IMG/VR virus record: IMGVR_UViG_3300047496_000262
Coordinates: 1 to 64,000 of that record
Strand: one strand, 5' to 3'
Length of the DNA stretch: 64,000 nucleotides
Origin: a virus
In this document: one piece after another, positions 27,231 to 36,838 of the stretch
Position numbering within the stretch: the stretch's first letter is position 1
Layout of the letters: each line of letters opens with the position of its first letter
The notes under the pieces: generated by a model
What the model saw: only the letters and a program-made list of their open reading frames with translations
What the model was told of the DNA's origin: nothing
Databases searched by the model: none
Program-made: the position numbers and the translations under genes

Positions 27231-27644
27231 CTATGACGCGCACATCTCCGCGGCACAGCCCACCTCGCTGTGGAGCGTGACCGAACGCTGCTGCCATCTT
27301 CCCTCCCGGCGGCCGGCGCGGGCGTCATCGTCGAAGCGGATGCCTTCCGGCCAGACACCGGGATTCCGGGGCGGGATCAGGTTGGGCGGGCGCACCCGTT
27401 CCGCCTTGATATCGGCGGCATAGCTGGCCCGAACCTTGGTCATGGTCTGGGCCAGGATGGCGCGGCGGATCTCCTTGCTTTTGACCAGCTTCATCCGCTG
27501 CGCGACATGGACCAGCCCGCCCATGGTGAGCACGAAGGGGTGACATTTAGCGTTGATCATCGGCAGCAGCACCGAGTTGGGCGTATCGCGATAATGTTCG
27601 GCCACCATCGCGTCGATCAGCGGTTTCAGTTGCAGCCGATCCAT
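27231..27644 (-). CDS. Hypothetical protein (possible HTH)
   Basis: Coupled ORF; HYRDTPNSVL...VHVAQRMKLVKS. Confidence 0.65.
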   Translation of the reverse strand: MDRLQLKPLIDAMVAEHYRDTPNSVLLPMINAKCHPFVLTMGGLVHVAQRMKLVKSKEIRRAILAQTMTKVRASYAADIKAERVRPPNLIPPRNPGVWPEGIRFDDDARAGRREGRWQQRSVTLHSEVGCAAEMCAS

Positions 27645-28120
27645 CAGCCGGCCCCCAGATTCGCAATGGCGCGCGAGTATTTATTCCAGGAGGCCGCGAC
27701 CGAGATCACATGGGCGGGATCACGGCCCAGGATCCGTTGGCGCAATTCCCACCGGATGATGATGTCGCGTTCCTTGCGGGATCGGATGGATTGGAAAGGC
27801 TCCATCAAAGCCCGCATGTCGGTGATGCCGGCCAACTCGGCCAAGTCATCAATATCGGTGGTGCTCTCCACCAGCGCGCGGACCCGATCAATGTCCGATA
27901 TCCGTTTCGATTTGATGAGCATCGGCACCTCCTCTGCACCGTCACTTTCCTGCCGGCGGCGCATCAGCGCCTCGACCGCCAATTGGACCGCGCGCGATAT
28001 GGTGACATGACAATTCTCGTACATGCAAACCGTTATTCTGGTGACGCCCAGGGCTTGCGCGAACAGGCGCTGGGTCAGGCCCAGATCGTGCCGGCACTGC
28101 CGAATCTCCGCCCCGGTCAT
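27644..28120 (-). CDS. XRE-family HTH transcriptional regulator
   Basis: MTGAEIRQCRHDLGLTQRLFAQALGVTRITVCMYEN. Confidence 0.85.
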   Translation of the reverse strand: MTGAEIRQCRHDLGLTQRLFAQALGVTRITVCMYENCHVTISRAVQLAVEALMRRRQESDGAEEVPMLIKSKRISDIDRVRALVESTTDIDDLAELAGITDMRALMEPFQSIRSRKERDIIIRWELRQRILGRDPAHVISVAASWNKYSRAIANLGAG

Positions 28121-28228
28121 CGGATCCCCGGCGTCCAGATGCGGCGGTAACTCGGTCGTGCCCAGCCGCAACCGTTTACGAATCGCCAAAACGGGCCTCC
28201 GAATCGCCAAAACGGTGGTTGCGATCAG

Positions 28229-28537
28229 TCATGATGCGTCACGGCATAGCACCAGGGCGGGGTGATCCGGCGGGACCCCGTTGGCAATCGCCATCGAACG
28301 GAAGTCTGGATAGATCGGCACCGTTGGACTTAATAAATTGTCCTTCTGGAGTCGTTGGCGAAAGACGCCGCAATAAGAGTACGGATCACGCGGGCTGGCC
28401 GGGCAGTGGATGTCCGCGACCCCATGTTTGTCCAACAATGTGGCGATGCGGATAAACTCCTCAAGCGGAATTGTTCCGGTCGGAAAATCCATACGCCACG
28501 GGCAGTGTTGGCACGGCCAATATCCATTTCCGCTCAT
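28229..28537 (-). CDS. Cys-rich hypothetical protein
   Basis: PCQHCPWR...HC...YCG...YPDFRSMAIANG. Confidence 0.65.
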   Translation of the reverse strand: MSGNGYWPCQHCPWRMDFPTGTIPLEEFIRIATLLDKHGVADIHCPASPRDPYSYCGVFRQRLQKDNLLSPTVPIYPDFRSMAIANGVPPDHPALVLCRDAS

Positions 28538-29172
28538 TGCGCTCGTTGCTCCATTTTGGCCGCCTGCTGGACCCGGACCATCTTGCGGTACCGGCCGCGG
28601 CGTTCCGAGCCCTTTTTGCCAGGCTTGTCCCAATCGTGGCCGTCCGCTTCGCAGAGAATGCGGGCGGCGGCGTCGAGCGCTTGCGATGCGGCCCGTTGGA
28701 TCTCTGCGCGTTGCTTCATCTCCGCATAGGCCGCCTCGCGGGCTTCTGCTTCCGCCTGTTGCTTGGCGGCGATCCGCGCCATGTCGCGCTTCATCCGGGC
28801 CGGCGGCTTGATCTGGAAACCCGCCATGATGGCGACGGCCAATTCCCGCCAGGACCGATAGGATGTCTGGTCCGGCGACGATGTATAGCGCGGTTCGCGG
28901 GTGAAGCCTTGGCCCAGATCGGTCCGCCATTCGTAATCGGTCTCTTCCGCGCGGTCCCAAATGTCGGACACGCGCCACGGGTTTGATGCCGGGTTAGGAT
29001 GATTGCTGATGCGGAGCGACACCGGCACCGCGTCGCCCTCGGTGCGATCATGTTCCGAGCGGTAGATATAGAGATAGGCCGATCGGCTTCGACGCGATCG
29101 GTTCATCTCCACATAGAGCCCAGCGCCGCGGAAAGCGGCGCTGAACCAAGCGACGGGCGCCAGATCGGTCAT
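28534..29172 (-). CDS. Hypothetical protein
   Basis: SRSAYLYI...LRISNH motif; coupled ORF. Confidence 0.65.
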   Translation of the reverse strand: MTDLAPVAWFSAAFRGAGLYVEMNRSRRSRSAYLYIYRSEHDRTEGDAVPVSLRISNHPNPASNPWRVSDIWDRAEETDYEWRTDLGQGFTREPRYTSSPDQTSYRSWRELAVAIMAGFQIKPPARMKRDMARIAAKQQAEAEAREAAYAEMKQRAEIQRAASQALDAAARILCEADGHDWDKPGKKGSERRGRYRKMVRVQQAAKMEQRAQ

Positions 29173-29465
29173 GCGACGCTCCGCCGCTTGGCCTTGCGCT
29201 GCACGTACATCCATTCCGGTTGCCAGCATGCCGCCTCATAGCGTGTCGAGCCCTTGCGCATCCGGATTGAGGCGAAATTCATGGGCCCGAACATATCGCA
29301 GGCCGTGACCTTGACCCAGTTCAGCGCCTCTTCCCGTGTGGCGAAGCGCTGGCCGGTGATCTGGTCGGTTTCCAGATCTAAGATCTTGCCCGCCCAATCG
29401 TCGTCAACCGTCTCGAAGACGGCGACACTGGCGACATGCGCGCGGCCTTGGATGGTTCTGACCAT
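29169..29465 (-). CDS. Hypothetical protein
   Basis: RBS AGGGGG; coupled ORF. Confidence 0.6.
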   Translation of the reverse strand: MVRTIQGRAHVASVAVFETVDDDWAGKILDLETDQITGQRFATREEALNWVKVTACDMFGPMNFASIRMRKGSTRYEAACWQPEWMYVQRKAKRRSVA

Positions 29466-29475
29466 GATCCGCCCC

Positions 29476-29691
29476 CTACCAATCGAACGCGGTGCAGATC
29501 GGGCCGCAGCCCGATGCACGGCAGTTGTGCAGGCGGATCCATCGGGTCCGCTCGACCTCGGCGGCTTTCCGCATACTGCCGGACCATTGGACGGGCTGGG
29601 CGCCGGCCAGCAATTCATCGCAGCGCGGGCATTGGCCCGGCGGCGCCTTGCGGCCGAATACCGGCCCGCCGCATGTGTGTTTCGTGGTCAT
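29476..29691 (-). CDS. Small Cys/His-rich phage protein
   Basis: KHTCGGPVFGRK...CPRCDEL...HNC...CGPICTAFDW. Confidence 0.75.
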   Translation of the reverse strand: MTTKHTCGGPVFGRKAPPGQCPRCDELLAGAQPVQWSGSMRKAAEVERTRWIRLHNCRASGCGPICTAFDW

Positions 29692-29714
29692 GGTTCTGTT
29701 TCCTTTCCGGTTCA

Positions 29715-30008
29715 TCAGACTTCAAAACTTACGGTGGCGAGAAAGCCGCTGGTATCCACGAGAACGCCCGAGGGGATTCTATCCAGCCGCACGGCATCGC
29801 TGGTGCCGAACACATCTCTCCTGATCCGGGTCAGCATATTTTGGAACAGGTCCGAATTTGCAAAACTTCCATATCGAGGGTGCCGGCGAAACGCGCTCAT
29901 ATCGCAATGAGAGCGCTTTAATTCCGGCACCCTGATGCACCGATACGCTAGGGAGTCGTCGTGATTAAACACGTCTATGACCTTGGATTTGAACGATATC
30001 CGTGCCAT
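29715..30008 (-). CDS. Hypothetical protein
   Basis: RBS AAAGGAAA upstream. Confidence 0.7.
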   Translation of the reverse strand: MARISFKSKVIDVFNHDDSLAYRCIRVPELKRSHCDMSAFRRHPRYGSFANSDLFQNMLTRIRRDVFGTSDAVRLDRIPSGVLVDTSGFLATVSFEV

Positions 30009-30062
30009 TACCGTTTCCTTTCCTGTTCATGGCGCTGGCCGCTATGGCATCAGCGCTGATCG

Positions 30063-30115
30063 AGTGTCGCGCAAACGCGAGATTGCGTCAATCGCTGATC
30101 GCCGCGTAGGCGCGA
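30063..30115 (-). promoter_or_regulatory. Promoter with two operator copies
   Basis: TTGACG-N17-GACACT on the minus strand; TCGCGCAAACGCGA at 30067-30080 and CCGCGTAGGCGCGA at 30102-30115. Confidence 0.6.
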
Positions 30116-30195
30116 ATTTCTGCCCCATCGACGGATCCGGTAGAAGATGAATGCGTCGGCTTAGGCGGCCGGCGCATCCATCCGCTATCGGGGTG

Positions 30196-30438
30196 CTACA
30201 AGCCCACCATCAGCAGGATTTCGCCCGCCCCGAAGACACTATCCTGGCGGCAGGTCTCGCACCGGTAGCGGCAGGCATCGGGCTCGACCCCATCGTCCGA
30301 GACCTCGCCGCAATTCAGGCAAAGCCCGTAGCCATCAATATAGGCATCCTCCAGGTCCTGCGGGCGCTCGCGGGCGATCTTCTCCGCCATCTGCCATTCC
30401 GCCTTGCTCGGCTTTTCGTCCAGCGGATGCACGCTCAT
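30196..30438 (-). CDS. Small Zn-ribbon protein
   Basis: GLCLNCGE...VEPDACRYRCETC...VFGAGEILL. Confidence 0.75.
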   Translation of the reverse strand: MSVHPLDEKPSKAEWQMAEKIARERPQDLEDAYIDGYGLCLNCGEVSDDGVEPDACRYRCETCRQDSVFGAGEILLMVGL

Positions 30439-30779
30439 GGCGACACCAGCCAGTAGAGGAGGAGCCAAGTACCGGTGATGACGAACCCGGCCAGGATGGA
30501 ATCCCAGGTGACCGAGCCGGTGAAGGCATGGGGATCCGGATAGTCGCTCATGATACGGCCCTTTCGATCAGATAGGTTTCGATGAGGAAGCGGCTTTGAT
30601 GGTCCATCACGATGTAGCGACGGTGTTTGTGCTCCACCGGATCCGACGGCTTGCCGTTATAGGGATCCTGCACCTTCATCGGCTTTACCATGATCTTTCT
30701 CCGTTCTTTCTCTGATAACCCTGCCCATCGCAGGCTATTGGAGCGGTCGTTGCTGGCCGCTCCAATCGACTAGGATGGT

Positions 30780-31067
30780 TCAATCCTTGGGTTGGATTGC
30801 ATCAAGATAGATCCGTTCGGCGGAAATCATGGCGTCACGGGCGCTCTCGTGCTTAATCATGTACTCGTCACGACCGAATCGGCGGGAAGTACGGGTTGCT
30901 TCGTTCCACTGGCTTACTTGCGCGTTCCATTTGGTTCCGCGTTTGGCCTTGAGGTGGCCTCTGGAAAATTGTTCCGGGTTTACGGAGAGCGTCACGCCGT
31001 CCGGCATCTGTGCCCGGAAACTTGCTCCGCAGCACGTCCAATAGAACTTCGGGGTTGGGGTCGTCAT
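30780..31067 (-). CDS. Hypothetical protein
   Basis: RBS GAAGGAGAG upstream. Confidence 0.7.
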   Translation of the reverse strand: MTTPTPKFYWTCCGASFRAQMPDGVTLSVNPEQFSRGHLKAKRGTKWNAQVSQWNEATRTSRRFGRDEYMIKHESARDAMISAERIYLDAIQPKD

Positions 31068-31096
31068 TACTCTCTCCTTCCATGTTGCTGCCGCGC

Positions 31097-31594
31097 TTAG
31101 GCGGCGATGCCGATCTGGATTTCCATGGCCGCCGGATCAGCGGCCATCAGGATGCGGTCTTCGATATCCGCCAGATCGTCGTCGAGGATCCAGGCGGCGA
31201 TCAGCGCATCGTGCAGCGAATGCTTGGTGACCGCTTCCGGCCCCTGATAGGCCACCGCCTGATAGTGCGAGCGTACCTTGTGATTCGGGAAACGCTCGGT
31301 GGTGAGCCCATGACGGGCTTTACGCCGCTGCTCCAGATAGTGCCGCACCATGCGGCCGCGGAACTCGTCCCGTTCCGCTTCGTTCAGAACGCTGGCGAAG
31401 TACATCGCATCGCCCAGCGCGGCGAAGGCGACGATGGCACCGGTTTTCCCGCAGTAATACGGGGTGTCGAAGCTAGGCCCGCAGAAGCGCTTGGCCGATA
31501 GGTTGGGCACCTTGCACAGTACCGCGAAGACGCCCTTGGTGCCGGGCTCCACCGGCGTCGGCACCGGGTTCGTCCAGCTATGGGTCTGGGTCAT
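31097..31594 (-). CDS. Hypothetical protein
   Basis: ATGA-coupled ORF. Confidence 0.65.
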   Translation of the reverse strand: MTQTHSWTNPVPTPVEPGTKGVFAVLCKVPNLSAKRFCGPSFDTPYYCGKTGAIVAFAALGDAMYFASVLNEAERDEFRGRMVRHYLEQRRKARHGLTTERFPNHKVRSHYQAVAYQGPEAVTKHSLHDALIAAWILDDDLADIEDRILMAADPAAMEIQIGIAA

Positions 31595-32217
31595 GACGGC
31601 CTCCGCAGGTTTTGGGCGGCGTTCCGGCCGGCGGGGGTGACGGCACCGGCCCGGTTCAGATAGCCGAAGCCGATCAGCGAGGCCTTTGCCATCTCCCAAT
31701 CCGCCTCGGAGGGCGGCACCTTGTTATCGCGATCCCAGGCGCGATCTTCCGGATAGCCATGGGTGATATCGGCCACCGCCATCTGGTAGCGGTTCTTGCC
31801 CATATAGGAGGATTTGCGGCAGGCCGTGTAGATCAGCACCAGTTGCTCGACCGGGTGCAGATCCGCGGTGCTGAGCGGCACCAGATCTGCGGCGTTCCGG
31901 GGATGAATATGGAAGGTCAGCCCCATATCCTTGCCGCAGAACCACGAGCGGCGCACGGCGGCGAAACCGGGTTCCAGATGGATGGTCACGTCCCGGCGGC
32001 TGCGATCTGGCGGCGCGTTATGGTTGACGGCTTCCACTTCCTTGCCGTCGCTCATGCGGATGAGGGTCCAGATCTCGCGGGTGCCGCCATCGGATAGCCC
32101 GGCGGTCAGCGGGATGGTGACCTTTTCCGTCACCACGGCCTGGAATTTGGTTCCGGTATAGGTGCCGCGCAGGTGCTTTGGCACCAGGGCGGCATCAAGA
32201 TAGGTTGGGCGTGTCAT
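31591..32217 (-). CDS. Hypothetical phage protein
   Basis: RBS AAAGGAACC; FCGKDMGLTFHIHP...GYLNRAGAVTPAGRNA. Confidence 0.8.
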   Translation of the reverse strand: MTRPTYLDAALVPKHLRGTYTGTKFQAVVTEKVTIPLTAGLSDGGTREIWTLIRMSDGKEVEAVNHNAPPDRSRRDVTIHLEPGFAAVRRSWFCGKDMGLTFHIHPRNAADLVPLSTADLHPVEQLVLIYTACRKSSYMGKNRYQMAVADITHGYPEDRAWDRDNKVPPSEADWEMAKASLIGFGYLNRAGAVTPAGRNAAQNLRRPS

Positions 32218-32712
32218 TCCATCGGTTCCTTTCGTTTGGCTTCCAATCACAGCTTGACTGGCAGTCATATCATGCGCGTTTGGGAGATAATGTCAAGCGA
32301 AATCATACGTGAGATAGGAGTGATGGCGACGAGGCCCGTTTGAGCGCCACCGGGCCCGCCGATATCGCCTGATCGGCCAGCTATGCGTCGATATTGGGTA
32401 TCCCAACCGTTATGTATGCTTAATTCGCATTGCGGAATCTACCTATGCCTGCGCTAGCTTGGGGGACAGCGGCGGGTCACTGATTTGTTGCGGGCGGGAT
32501 GAAGGGAAGTGCAGGCCCTCCGTTCGCCGATCGGTAAACCGCCTAAAAGACCGCCCCCTTGTCACGAGGCGCGGCCCGCCGCTGTTCCGCAGCTTTTGGG
32601 GGATGAGGGGTCACCCGCCTATGTCTAGCCGGAATGCCGGCGCCCGTCCGAACGGATGGGCGTTACCGGGATCATATTGTCTGGCGTCCCCCGTCGATGG
32701 GTGTGGGCGCTG

Positions 32713-32901
32713 ATGACCGCCGAGGATCATGTCCGCTCAATGGAGGCGGTGATGCTGTCGGTGCAGATCCTGGTGATGAATTTGATACCGCGACCCCGGG
32801 AGGAACAGCGGCTCCAGATCGTGACCTGGGCGGCGACCGGCAAGCTGCCCCGGCCGATGGCGGATATCCTGCTGGATGAATTGGGGCTGGCGGCACCATG
32901 A
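32713..32901 (+). CDS. Hypothetical protein
   Basis: ATGA overlap with the primase start. Confidence 0.55.
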   Translation: MTAEDHVRSMEAVMLSVQILVMNLIPRPREEQRLQIVTWAATGKLPRPMADILLDELGLAAP

Positions 32902-33941
32902 GGGACCAGCGGTTTAGCCCGGCGGAACTGGCGCTGGCGGAATCCAGGGTCAATCTGCCGGCGGAGGTCGGCCGCCATATCAAGTTGACCAAGCAGGGCC
33001 GGGCCTATGTGGGGCTCTGCCCGTTCCACGGTGAGAAGACGCCGTCGTTTTATGTCTATCCCGACCATGTTTATTGCTTTGGCTGCGGCCAGTACATGGG
33101 TTCTATTGGTTTTTTAGCATTTATGTATAATAAATCCTTCCGCGAGATGGTGGTTGAACTGATCGGCGAGGCGGGCAGCCCCACCAGATTTTTGGCCCAG
33201 ATGCGGAGTGCGTCGGACCAGTACCGGCCGGAGGCGGATGACGCGGACCGGTACAAGGCGTCGCTGGCCCGCGATATATTTTTCAGCGCGGCCCAAGCGG
33301 AGGGGACGCTGGTCGAGACCTATTTGAAGGCCCGCGGGATCAGGGCCCGGGTTTCCAGCCAGATCAAATTCGTGCCGGATTTGGAGCATTGGGATCCGGT
33401 TGGCGAGAAGGCGACCCGATGGCCGGCGTTGGTGGCGGGGATCCAGACGGGGGCGGGGAGTATCGTTGCGTGCCAGCGGACTTGGCTCCGGCCCGATGGG
33501 GCGGGCAAGGCCCCGGTTCCGCATGTCAAGAAGACGTTGGGCAAATTGTATGACGGGGCGATCCGGCTGAACAGCCCGACGCATTGCCTGGGGCTGGTGG
33601 AGGGGCTGGAGACCGGGCTTTCGGTGCGGGCGATCTACCACATACCGGTGTGGGTGGCGTGTGGCCGGCGGATGGACCAGGTGGCGGTGCCCAAATCGGT
33701 GGAGGAAGTGCTGATCTTTGGGGATAATGGGGAGCCCGGGCATAAGGCGGCTGAGAAGGCGGCGGCTTTCCATTCGAGGAAGGGACGGCGGGTCGAGATC
33801 CTTTATCCGGATCAGGATTATGGTGATTTCAACGATGTCTTGCTGGGGCGGAAGCTGCCGGGTGCGCGTTCCCTGGTTCCGTCTGGCCCGGTTGTGGTTG
33901 AGGCGGCCCCGCCCCGGTCGAGACTGGTTGCGATGGTGTGA
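32898..33941 (+). CDS. DNA primase (CHC2 zinc finger plus Toprim)
   Basis: GLCPFHGEKTPSF...YCFGCG; EGLETGLS; IFGDN...G; GDFND. Confidence 0.92.
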   Translation: MRDQRFSPAELALAESRVNLPAEVGRHIKLTKQGRAYVGLCPFHGEKTPSFYVYPDHVYCFGCGQYMGSIGFLAFMYNKSFREMVVELIGEAGSPTRFLAQMRSASDQYRPEADDADRYKASLARDIFFSAAQAEGTLVETYLKARGIRARVSSQIKFVPDLEHWDPVGEKATRWPALVAGIQTGAGSIVACQRTWLRPDGAGKAPVPHVKKTLGKLYDGAIRLNSPTHCLGLVEGLETGLSVRAIYHIPVWVACGRRMDQVAVPKSVEEVLIFGDNGEPGHKAAEKAAAFHSRKGRRVEILYPDQDYGDFNDVLLGRKLPGARSLVPSGPVVVEAAPPRSRLVAMV

Positions 33942-35152
33942 TCGACGGGGATGATGAGGGCTGGCGTGCGTCGGCGGGTAATGCTGCCGATCGTCTAAAA
34001 CCGCTTCAGGGTTTTACCGGTGCGTCGTGGCATGGGCGCCAGCCGCCGCCCCGCGAGTGGTTTGTCGAGGATTGTTTTCCCAAGAACAATGTCGGGCTGG
34101 TGTCCGGCGATGGTGGTTTGGGGAAAAGCCTGCTGATGCACCAGCTTTGCATTGCGGCGTCGACCGGGCAACCATGGCTGGGGTTGCAGGTGGCGCGGTG
34201 CCGCTCGCTGGCGTTGTTCTGCGAGGATGACCCGGATGAGTTGGAGCGCCGGCACCATGCGATCTGCCGGTCGATGGGTGTCGAGGTGGCGGATACCGAT
34301 GATTTCATGATGGTGAGCCGATCGGGTGAGGAATCGGTGCTGATGGAGTTTGACCGGAAGGATGACCGGGCGAAGCCGACCCGGTTTCTGGCCCAATTGG
34401 AGGATCTGATCTGGGATTGGGGTGCCCAGATCGTGATTCTGGACACCGCGGCGGATGTGTTCGGCGGGAATGAGATTGTGCGCAACCAGGTCCGCCGGTT
34501 TGTGATGCGGCTGAAGGCGATTGCGACGCGGATCAGTGGGATTGTGGTGCTGACCGCGCACCCTAGCGTGTCGGGCATGTCGAGCGGTTCGGGGATATCG
34601 GGGTCGACCGCGTGGAATAATTCGGTTCGCGCCCGGCTTTATCTGACGGCCCCGAAGGCGGCGTATGAGGATGACACGTCGGACCAGGACCGTGATGTCC
34701 GGGTGCTGAAGACGATGAAGATGAATTACGGCCCGGCGGGATCGAAGGTCCGGGTTCGGTATGTCGATGGGGCTTTCCAGCGGATTGAGGGGGAGGAGTA
34801 TTCGGAGCCCGCGGCTGGTGATCGGCAGGTCTCCCCGTCCGGTCGGATCGAGCGCCTGACCGCGGACCAGCAGATCTTGAAGGCGATGCGCGAGGTGATT
34901 GCCCGTGGCGGCAAGATCAGCCCGCTCAGCCGTGCGCGCACCGGGATCCATCTGGTGCTGCATGGCGAGGGGTTCTGCACCGATCTTAAGCCCGGGTATT
35001 TGCGGAGCTTCGTCGACCGCGGGCTGTCGGCGGGTTTACTCACCACGGTGGTCCTTGTCGATCGGGGGCGTCGTGAGCGCAGTTATATCCGCCCGTTGGA
35101 CTGCCGATACCCCGAGGAGCCTCGCCCGGGCGATCTCCCGTCTTCTACCTAA
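33938..35152 (+). CDS. AAA_25 / RepA-like SF4 helicase
   Basis: GDGGLGKS Walker A, IVILDT, LTAHPS, SGSTAWNNSVRARL, KMNYG. Confidence 0.92.
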   Translation: MIDGDDEGWRASAGNAADRLKPLQGFTGASWHGRQPPPREWFVEDCFPKNNVGLVSGDGGLGKSLLMHQLCIAASTGQPWLGLQVARCRSLALFCEDDPDELERRHHAICRSMGVEVADTDDFMMVSRSGEESVLMEFDRKDDRAKPTRFLAQLEDLIWDWGAQIVILDTAADVFGGNEIVRNQVRRFVMRLKAIATRISGIVVLTAHPSVSGMSSGSGISGSTAWNNSVRARLYLTAPKAAYEDDTSDQDRDVRVLKTMKMNYGPAGSKVRVRYVDGAFQRIEGEEYSEPAAGDRQVSPSGRIERLTADQQILKAMREVIARGGKISPLSRARTGIHLVLHGEGFCTDLKPGYLRSFVDRGLSAGLLTTVVLVDRGRRERSYIRPLDCRYPEEPRPGDLPSST

Positions 35153-36110
35153 GATCTGCCGCGTTCACTCGGTGTCGCGTGCACGCACTCGCGCTCTCAC
35201 TCGCACCCCGATCCGCGACAGCGCCGCAGAACGGTGCTAAGCCCATGATTTTGCTTGCTCTCACTCGTGCGTTTTTGCGGCGCATAGATCGACGAGTGGG
35301 AGCGCCACCCAGCGCATAGCTCCACCAGCCGTTCTGCTCGCACTCGCGCTCCCACTCGCACTCATGTCATCGACAACGGTGCAGACCGCCGTTAACCCAT
35401 TGATATCGTTTGCTCTCACTCGCGCTCCTTGTGCGCTGTCTACGAGCATGCTCGGTATCTATCCAGCGCATGACGATGACACTTGACGGCGTATTTTTTT
35501 TGACCCCATCTCAGCAGCGCTCAGGTGGATAGACTAACCTCGACCCATCTCAGCCCGGTCGTTCATACACACCTGTATCAAGACCATTTCCATACCCATT
35601 CCCCCAGAACCCTACATCCAGATGTGTTTACGCGACCCTTCTCGTAAATGAGAAATTCCGCCCTTCCCAAAACGGTCTTTCGTTTTATGAGTGTGGCTTC
35701 AGGATTTTGACGCTCCCATAGAGAAAGGGCGATGTCGTAAGAAAAAGATAAGTATAGAGATGTCGCAATCGAAGAATATACACCCATCCAAGCAGGCCTA
35801 TACATAGAGATCCAGAAAACAATGCTTCAAATACCGTCAACAGACCTCAATATATGCAGGTCAGATCCAAAAATGCCAAAACGGTCTTTTGTATATCCGG
35901 AAAATGCCAAAACGGTACTTGTATGTTACCCGTAGGGGGCAGGGTTGGGTAATATTATTACCCACTTGTCGCGCTTACGCGGAATATATAAAAAATGGGG
36001 CGAAGGATCCAGAATCAGTCCACGATTCGCGTTGATGATAGAGATCTACCTTAGCTTCGAGGTCTGGATCTATGGCGGGCGGTAGCAACACCTCCCCCTA
36101 CCCCCTCCAC
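35153..36110. other. Non-coding repeat-rich and AT-rich region: candidate replication origin and/or packaging site
   Basis: Repeated CTCTCACTCGy blocks (35160-35425), direct repeat CCCATCTCAGC, CCAAAACGGT repeats (35667, 35876, 35907), IHF box at 35393-35405, AT-rich tract 35560-36000. Confidence 0.5.
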
Positions 36111-36249
36111 CCCGCGCTCGCTGGCGGGATCGGCGGAGCGGCGCTGGTGGCGCGCGCGGCTGGTAGGCGATCGCCGGCAGCGGCCAAGCGCTGGCAGCCG
36201 CGGCCCGCGCTCCGTCGGTCGCGGTGGGCCCGTTCCGCCGCGGCTACAG

Positions 36250-36780
36250 GGTAGCAGGCGGCTGCAGCCTCGCCGTGCTGGCGACTGGCAGGATCAGGCC
36301 AGGGTGGCGCGGGCAGGCCTCGCGGTGCTGCCGACGGCTGGCCCAGCTCGCGCTGGCAGGATCAGGCCAGGGTGGCGCGGAATCGTAATAAATCGCATAT
36401 GGCGTATTATGAAAAATGCTAAGGCATTGATATTGCGCGATTGCACGCGGAACGGGTGCGGCGACACACGCAAGGGTGCGAGAAATCAAGATATAGCGGG
36501 TGTCTAGGTGCTGATCGGAGCGGAGATGGTCGGATCAGCGGCTGGCGCAGCTCGCCTATCGGGTGGCGCAGGCCTCGCGGTGCTACCGATCAGGCCAGGG
36601 TGGAGCGGCTGGCGCTGGCGGGTGGCGGCAGGCGCTGGCGGGTGTCGCCGATCAGCGGCGGCAGGATCAGCGGCGGCACGGTCGGAGATAGAGCTGGCAG
36701 GCCTCGCGGTAGCGTCGCCTCGCGGTGCTACCGATCAGGCCAGGGTGGAGCGGCTGGCGCTGGCGGGTGGCGGAGATGGT
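36250..36780. repeat. Mosaic of G-rich direct repeats around an AT-rich island
   Basis: Exact 57-nt repeat at 36572-36628 and 36717-36773; GATCAGGCCAGGGTGG four times; IHF consensus at 36420-36432. Confidence 0.8.
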
Positions 36781-36782
36781 CG

Positions 36783-36817
36783 CAAAAAAAGAGGCCTGCC
36801 GATTATGGCAGGCCTCT
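36783..36817 (-). terminator. Rho-independent terminator
   Basis: AGAGGCCTGCC-ataatc-GGCAGGCCTCT followed by a T run on the minus strand, just downstream of 36839-37288. Confidence 0.9.
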
Positions 36818-36838
36818 GATGTTAGGCGATGGTGGCGA

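Noticed and set aside
36250-36780. Possible CRISPR array
   Set aside because: Repeat blocks vary in length and order, there are no regular unique spacers, and no cas genes are present.
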